Positions 14,800-20,000 of a DNA stretch of 20,000 nt are shown in pieces. Position numbers and translations under genes: made by a program. Source of the DNA: an uncultured virus (IMG/VR IMGVR_UViG_3300027712_000027) (lineage: Duplodnaviria; Heunggongvirae; Uroviricota; Caudoviricetes); IMG/VR virus record IMGVR_UViG_3300027712_000027; one strand, written 5' to 3'. How positions within the stretch are numbered: position 1 is the first letter of the stretch; every line of letters starts with the position of its first letter. The notes beneath the pieces are model-generated. The model saw only the letters and a list, made by a program, of their open reading frames with translations. It had not been told where the DNA came from and did no database searches.

Positions 14800-16529
14800 T
14801 GGTAAAAAAATTTAAAACATTCGAACCACAGTCAGTAGTTGCTGAACACTTTGCAGGCTCTGACATAAGTCTCACTAACGAGCAAAAGCTATCGCTTTAT
14901 AAAAAATCTCAAAAATCAGGTATCTCGACCGATATTCTTGAAGAAGTATATCGTCGTGGTTATTCAATCTGGAAATCCACATTCAGTGAGACTCCGGAAC
15001 AATTTGCATTTGAACGTGTTAATTCTTTTATTGCCGGAGGTTTTGCTACTATGCTTGATGAAGATCTAATATCCGAAGTTGCTAAAAAGTTTCAAAATCC
15101 AACTGGTGGGTTAAACCAAGCTGGTCGTAATTACTTTAATAAAAAATATGGCAGTAATTTAAAAAAACCAGTTACCAAACCTCCATCAGAAATAACACCT
15201 GGATCAGAAGCTGAAGGTCGCCGAAATTCATTTTGTGCACGTATGAGTAAAGTTGAAGGGCCAAAATATAAACCGAATGGCAAACCGACTCGTAAAACAT
15301 TATCATTACGTAAGTGGAATTGTCACAAAGAAGAAGCTGAACTTCAAGAAAAAACATGTAACTGCTGGGATGGATACAAGCGTGTCCCGGGTACTAAACC
15401 ATGTGCTCCAGGTTCATGTGCCAGACCTTCGGCTATTAATAAAAAATCTAATGGGTTAGATGAAGTATATTCTGACAAATATATGGAACAAGGTAGAACT
15501 TTCTTAAAATTAAAACGAGCCAAAGCAAAAGCGGCAAAAAACCCTCAGGATAAAATTACCAGAGATACAAGCGACGAACTCGTTAAACAATTTCTTGCAA
15601 AAGGTGGTAAAATAAACACCATTAAAGAGTCCGAAGATGGCAAATCAAAAATCGGAAAAACGCCAGGACACATGGTATCTATGGAGCAGCCATGGAATCC
15701 TGAAGATCCAAATGCAGGACATAGAAAAACTTTCCATAAAAAAATGGAAAAAGAGAAAAAAGAACGTGAAAAGATGCAAGAGCGTTATGAAGGCGCAGAG
15801 AAAACTTCAAAAGATTTTAGGAAGCCAAACAGTCGTTTTGTTGGAAGCGACGAATTAACAAAGGTTTATAAAAAAATGACACCAAAAGAATCAACATTAA
15901 CGACAATTAAAAGAGTTATTGCTGAAGGTAGAAAAGATGTTATAAGATTGCAGACATCTCTTGGTATGAGCCCCAAACAACGAGATGGTATAATTGGTCC
16001 TATAACTAGAAAAGCTATGGCCGATAGACCAGATCTTTCTCAAAATATGAACAAGCCAGCTGATGAACCTTCTACACCGAAAGCATCTGAGCCAGTAGCT
16101 TCAAAAAATGATACGAAACCATCTGAAACAAAGGCACCAACACCAGAGCCTACACCTACATCATCTAAGCCAAAAACACCAGAGATGCTAGTTAAGCCAG
16201 ATAGCAGAAATCGTTCGGATGCAGATAATCTACAGCGTGGTATAGAAAGACAACAGTCGGCCGTTCATAAAGATGCCGTTGGTCGTCTTATGAAAAATAC
16301 TGACGATCCCATAATGCGCAAATACATGTCAGCTGGTAAACACGATGACGACGAAGGTCGTAGTAGCAATGATATTATGCTTGGCAGTAGACATGATGGT
16401 GGTGCTGGACTCGACGATAAAGCAAAAGTAAAAGATGTAGTATCAAATCCAACTGGTGGTGCTAATCTTCGTGCCAACAATCCATTTGCAGATTCGCAGG
16501 AAAATGAATCAGGTAAAAAGAAAAGATAA
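14799..16529 (+). CDS. Mosaic basic multi-module protein (putative head-internal polyprotein) including a peptidoglycan-binding module
   Basis: Modules: KKSQKSGIS...EVYRRG...FAFERVNSF (DUF5824-like, recalled), NPTGGLNQAGR...RRNSFCARM...SLRKWNC (DUF6321-like, recalled), CWDGYKRVPG...GSC, and DVIRLQTSLG...DGIIGPITRKAM (PG_binding_1-like). Confidence 0.75.
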   Translation: MVKKFKTFEPQSVVAEHFAGSDISLTNEQKLSLYKKSQKSGISTDILEEVYRRGYSIWKSTFSETPEQFAFERVNSFIAGGFATMLDEDLISEVAKKFQNPTGGLNQAGRNYFNKKYGSNLKKPVTKPPSEITPGSEAEGRRNSFCARMSKVEGPKYKPNGKPTRKTLSLRKWNCHKEEAELQEKTCNCWDGYKRVPGTKPCAPGSCARPSAINKKSNGLDEVYSDKYMEQGRTFLKLKRAKAKAAKNPQDKITRDTSDELVKQFLAKGGKINTIKESEDGKSKIGKTPGHMVSMEQPWNPEDPNAGHRKTFHKKMEKEKKEREKMQERYEGAEKTSKDFRKPNSRFVGSDELTKVYKKMTPKESTLTTIKRVIAEGRKDVIRLQTSLGMSPKQRDGIIGPITRKAMADRPDLSQNMNKPADEPSTPKASEPVASKNDTKPSETKAPTPEPTPTSSKPKTPEMLVKPDSRNRSDADNLQRGIERQQSAVHKDAVGRLMKNTDDPIMRKYMSAGKHDDDEGRSSNDIMLGSRHDGGAGLDDKAKVKDVVSNPTGGANLRANNPFADSQENESGKKKR

Positions 16530-16537
16530 AATTACGA

Positions 16538-16544
16538 ATAAATA
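16538..16544 (+). promoter_or_regulatory. Putative late promoter (ATAAATA)
   Basis: Intergenic, upstream of SD AAGGA and ATG 16562. Confidence 0.5.
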
Positions 16545-16561
16545 TTAAAAAGGATATTAAA

Positions 16562-16816
16562 ATGTTTACATGGTTTAAAAATTTATTCAAATCAAAAGTA
16601 CAAGTTACCGAAGAAAAAGTAACAGTTAATAACGAATCTGAATCTATAGCAGTTATTGCCAATATTAATCCAATGATTGCTGCGACTTCTTTCGCTATAA
16701 TGTCAAATGAAGAAAAAAACACCGAACGTCGTATTGCCACTGAAAAATTGGTCGCTAAAAAGGTAGCGAAAAAAAAGTCAGCTGGTAAAAGACCATATGT
16801 TAAGAAAGTAAAGTAA
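16562..16816 (+). CDS. Small hypothetical protein with a Lys-rich C-terminus
   Basis: SD AAGGA. Tail KLVAKKVAKKKSAGKRPYVKKVK. Confidence 0.75.
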   Translation: MFTWFKNLFKSKVQVTEEKVTVNNESESIAVIANINPMIAATSFAIMSNEEKNTERRIATEKLVAKKVAKKKSAGKRPYVKKVK

Positions 16817-16817
16817 C

Positions 16818-17255
16818 ATGAAAGAACTCGTTGATGCTCTGAAAGTTGTTCTTGCGGACACTTTCGCATTATATCTGAAAGCTCATTATTTCCATTGGAA
16901 TATTGAGGGTTCGAACTTTGTTCAGTATCACGGGTTTCTTGATGGTCTTTATAATGAAGTTTGGGGAGCCGTTGATGCTGTTGCAGAACATATTCGCACA
17001 CTCGATGCATATGCTCCAGGTTCATTTACTAGATTTAAAGAGTTAACAACTATTACTGATGAACTTGCTATTCCATCTGCGATTGCAATGTTAACTAAGC
17101 TTGAAGCTGATAATCAGAAAGTGATTGATTCATTAACGAAAGCGTACAAATTAGCCGAATCAGCTAATAAATGTGGCCTCAGTAACTTTCTTCAGGATCG
17201 TATCGATACTCACGAGAAACATTCTTGGATGCTTCGTTCAATCGTAAAGGCGTAA
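16818..17255 (+). CDS. dps: Dps-family ferritin-like protein
   Basis: HYFHWNIEGSNF.QYH..L..LY...D.VAEHIR.L ferroxidase-centre motif and C-terminal HEKHSWML. Confidence 0.93.
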   Translation: MKELVDALKVVLADTFALYLKAHYFHWNIEGSNFVQYHGFLDGLYNEVWGAVDAVAEHIRTLDAYAPGSFTRFKELTTITDELAIPSAIAMLTKLEADNQKVIDSLTKAYKLAESANKCGLSNFLQDRIDTHEKHSWMLRSIVKA

Positions 17256-17258
17256 AAG

Positions 17259-19184
17259 ATGTCAGACAATTACTTAAGCTTAGAGCACAAAATCAGATTG
17301 GTTAAAGAAGCTTCGCAGGAAAATAGCACGCTTCGACAAGTTGCTCATACTTTAGCTGGTAGAAAAGAGCCACCTAAAGACTTTAGTGTTACTAGCAGTA
17401 ACAATAAACTTAATAGACCTGCACCTTTAGGTACAGAACGTAGAGCTGCTGATGAAGATGATAAACAAAATATTAGAGGTGTTATTAAATCTTTAACAGG
17501 TACAGATAATAATGGACCTGAAGCTGAAGGCGGTGGTAATGTTAAAAAAAGAATTTCTTTAGAACATGCCATCAGAACAGTTCATGAAGGTCTTCTTCAT
17601 AAGGGCGATAAGTTTGCCCCAAAAGGTGACACTGCAATATTTCGTTCGGGTCCTACCGGTAAAGGCTCTGATGTTGGTGATGATCGTGTAAGTAATCTTG
17701 ATGTCAACAAAATTTCAGCTGCTGCCAGAAATAAAGTTTTATCAAAAAACGATGATGTTGTCGAAGGAATGTCTGATATGGGTAATGTTTCTGCCCAGCA
17801 GAATGTTTCTTATTCAGAGGGTGGTAAAAAAAAGAAACAACTCGAAACTGAGGGTGGTGCACTAGGTGCACTAGATACTGGTGCTAGGTTATTAATACCG
17901 GGATATGATGCTTATCAAGAATTGAAAGCTGGTAATTTTGGTAGAGCAGCACTATCAGCAGGTATTGATCTGGGCGCTGCTGCCCTCACGCCAATTACTG
18001 GTGGTGCATCATGGTTAGGTAGAACTGCCCTCAAAGGAGGTGTAAGAGCTGGTGAACATATTGCTGTATCTGGTGCTGGAAAAGCAGCTGTTAAAGGCGC
18101 TGAACAAACTACAGCAAAATCAGCAATAAACCCTAGTAGAATTGCCGATGCTGCTGATCTTGCTGTTTCTGGTTCCAATTTATCTACTGGATCTTCTGGA
18201 TCTTCTGCTATTCCGGGTGCATTAACTGGTGTCAGTAGTGCATCACTTGCACCACAACCTACGCCTAGAAAATCAACTTCATCAACGAGATCACGTAAAT
18301 TATCACCTAATCCTAAACCTTTAGTAAAAGAAGATTCAACTGTTCCTAATGAAGGTAATGCACCGTCAGTGGCATCTCTTTCGGCGGCAGGTGCACCACA
18401 AGAAGAGAGCGGAAAGAAAAAGAAATTGAAGGAAGAATCAGGTACAGCTGATCGTCGCACAATTGAAAATGTTGCTCGTCCAAACTCAGCGAATTCACCA
18501 TTCGATAGAAAATCAAAACTCGCTAAAAATTCTGAAATTAAACAGAAAGTTATTGACGAGAATGTCAGAAGATTGTCAACTGTAAGAGAAGCTATCGAAT
18601 ATAAAAAACAGCAAGATATCGAAGAGGGTATCGGTGATATTCTTAAGGGTGTTGGAAATGTGGCAAGCAATGTAGTTTCAAAACTTGGTTCTGGTCTTAG
18701 ATCAGTTGCATCAAACGTAGTTGCCAAAGCCAACAAAGTAAGATTACCAAAAGTAGCTATAGAAACTCCTTCAGCTGCTCCTGTCGAACCTGATGCTTTT
18801 TCAGCAAAAGAAATTAATAAAGATATTCAATCGCCTGGTGCGCAATTGGTAAAAGGATTTGCTCTTGGTGTAACTGGTCAGGCATATTCGCCTTGGACTA
18901 GAAATAGTAACACTAAAGATCCTAAAGATCCTAAAGATCCCAATGATCCAAAAAAGTCAAAACCCCCAGTAAATACAACAGATATGCAAGGCGTTGTAAA
19001 ACCAACATCATTTGCTCCTGGTAAAAAACCGATGAGCGAAGGTGCACCGGAAAACACAATTCATACTATTAGAAAAAACACTATTATGGGTGCTGTTGCT
19101 GATAAAAAACGGGCCAGTAAAGAAACACCAGTAGAATTCAATCCACCCATGAAAAAACCAGATCCTAACAGTACAGCATCTTAA
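17259..19184 (+). CDS. Large low-complexity hypothetical protein (putative head-internal polyprotein)
   Basis: 641-aa ORF with many [ILVM]-x-E sites, a repeated SLEHxIRxVxE motif, a Gly/Ala hydrophobic segment and KDP repeats. Confidence 0.8.
   Translation: MSDNYLSLEHKIRLVKEASQENSTLRQVAHTLAGRKEPPKDFSVTSSNNKLNRPAPLGTERRAADEDDKQNIRGVIKSLTGTDNNGPEAEGGGNVKKRISLEHAIRTVHEGLLHKGDKFAPKGDTAIFRSGPTGKGSDVGDDRVSNLDVNKISAAARNKVLSKNDDVVEGMSDMGNVSAQQNVSYSEGGKKKKQLETEGGALGALDTGARLLIPGYDAYQELKAGNFGRAALSAGIDLGAAALTPITGGASWLGRTALKGGVRAGEHIAVSGAGKAAVKGAEQTTAKSAINPSRIADAADLAVSGSNLSTGSSGSSAIPGALTGVSSASLAPQPTPRKSTSSTRSRKLSPNPKPLVKEDSTVPNEGNAPSVASLSAAGAPQEESGKKKKLKEESGTADRRTIENVARPNSANSPFDRKSKLAKNSEIKQKVIDENVRRLSTVREAIEYKKQQDIEEGIGDILKGVGNVASNVVSKLGSGLRSVASNVVAKANKVRLPKVAIETPSAAPVEPDAFSAKEINKDIQSPGAQLVKGFALGVTGQAYSPWTRNSNTKDPKDPKDPNDPKKSKPPVNTTDMQGVVKPTSFAPGKKPMSEGAPENTIHTIRKNTIMGAVADKKRASKETPVEFNPPMKKPDPNSTAS
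18915..18950 (+). repeat. 9-bp coding microsatellite (AAAGATCCT)n
   Basis: Encodes KDPKDPKDPNDP. Confidence 0.8.
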
Positions 19185-19194
19185 GGAAACAAAA

Positions 19195-20000
19195 ATGTCA
19201 GATAAAAAAACAATCGTAGACGCTCTTTTCGAAGTACAGCGTCGTATTAATGAACAGCGTATGAAAAATTCAATGAGAAACGTTAATGCTGTTAATGAAG
19301 AAGGACTTTTGGGCGACCCAGAAAAATTTAATACAAGAAGAGATGCTGCTATAAAAGCGAAAAGAGAACAAGCTGCAGCAGCGGTTCCAACAGCCGCCAA
19401 AGCGGCTGAACTTCGTACACCACCGGTTGCACCAGCAACAGAAAAAGCCGCCCGAACTGATTTAAAACCTCTTTTTGATAGAGCGGCTGGTGCTCGGGCG
19501 GCTTCGGCCATGGGCGTCTTCAGGCCGGATGCAGCAACAGCTGCTGCACCACCAGAAAAAGCCGCCAGAACTGATTTAAGACCACTTGTCGATAGAGCGT
19601 ATGGTGCGCGTCGAGCTCGTCCTGATGCGGCTACACTTCTTGATCGTCAACAGAGTAGAGATGTTGAAACGATGCGAAACTCTGATGACCCTACTCTTGG
19701 CTCTCGCATGAACGTACCAGAACCCCCTAGAGCAAATTTGGGAGCTAGGATTGCTGATCCAAACTCTGCAACACCAGAAAAACCATCAGCGCCAGCAGCT
19801 TCTCAAAAACCAATAGCACCAAGAACATCTGAAATATCTGCATCACAACAGGCAGGAGTTCCTGATGCTCGTATTCGAACACAAAATATAGCACCAAGAA
19901 CATCTGAAATATCTGCATCACAACAGGCAGGAGTTCCTGATGCTCGTATTCGAACACAAAATATAGCACCAAGAACATCTGAAATATCTGCATCACAACA
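19195..20000 (+). CDS. Ala/Pro/Arg-rich repeat protein, 3'-truncated; absent from the ORF track
   Basis: SD AAGGA at 19183-19187 and ATG 19195. MSDKKTIVDALFEVQRRINEQ... stays open to the window end. Confidence 0.85.
   Translation, partial: MSDKKTIVDALFEVQRRINEQRMKNSMRNVNAVNEEGLLGDPEKFNTRRDAAIKAKREQAAAAVPTAAKAAELRTPPVAPATEKAARTDLKPLFDRAAGARAASAMGVFRPDAATAAAPPEKAARTDLRPLVDRAYGARRARPDAATLLDRQQSRDVETMRNSDDPTLGSRMNVPEPPRANLGARIADPNSATPEKPSAPAASQKPIAPRTSEISASQQAGVPDARIRTQNIAPRTSEISASQQAGVPDARIRTQNIAPRTSEISASQ
19441..19635 (+). repeat. Diverged coding repeat with a 114-nt offset
   Basis: EKAARTDLKPLFDRAAGAR...RPDAAT (from 19441) versus EKAARTDLRPLVDRAYGAR...RPDAAT (from 19555). Confidence 0.8.
19813..20000 (+). 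repeat. Perfect 75-bp coding tandem repeat, at least 2.5 copies, running off the window
   Basis: Units start at 19813, 19888 and 19963 and encode IAPRTSEISASQQAGVPDARIRTQN. Confidence 0.95.

Noticed and set aside
17915..18736. Long minus-strand ORF (273 aa) and other antisense ORFs (652-1125, 2499-2966, 16462-17025, 19008-19511, 19745-19996)
   Set aside because: They are shadows of well-supported plus-strand genes or repeats, with no recognisable motifs or expression signals.
19813..20000. 75-bp repeats as a CRISPR array
   Set aside because: The units are contiguous and identical with no unique spacers, and the length is a multiple of 3 inside an open frame.
1..20000. Stop-codon reassignment
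   Set aside because: Genes are full length and densely packed under the standard code, and TAA, TAG (5266-5268) and TGA (7928-7930) all act as stops.

Overview
A 20-kb, all plus-strand segment of a large T4-like (myovirus-type) dsDNA phage genome. The small heat-shock protein with a ROSE-like leader and a DUF1127 gene suggest a proteobacterial, possibly alphaproteobacterial, host (inference). The left half (1-8410) carries hsp20, an unlisted DUF1127 small ORF, a GH19 endolysin-holin pair and the T4-type replication core (gp43 DNA polymerase, UvsX, gp41 helicase), with two sigma70-type promoters. At 8428-8577 a self-contained unit (late promoter, multibranched structured RNA, intrinsic terminator) is the best candidate for an undescribed phage ncRNA. 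The right half (8624-20000) is a late-expressed cluster of large proteins. Several start with T4 capsid-targeting-like N-termini (M-x-[S/K/N]-F-x-x-[F/Y]...E) and are punctuated by [ILVM]-x-E putative prohead-protease sites, so they may be head-packaged, injected cargo. The cluster includes a 26-aa helical-repeat protein, a HAD phosphatase, a nuclease-like protein, a ligase-like/cytidylyltransferase-like fusion, a mosaic polyprotein with a peptidoglycan-binding module, a Dps and repeat-rich proteins. Several 5' leaders contain RBS-sequestering or tandem-repeated hairpins. All family assignments are from motif recognition by eye; no searches or folding programs were run.
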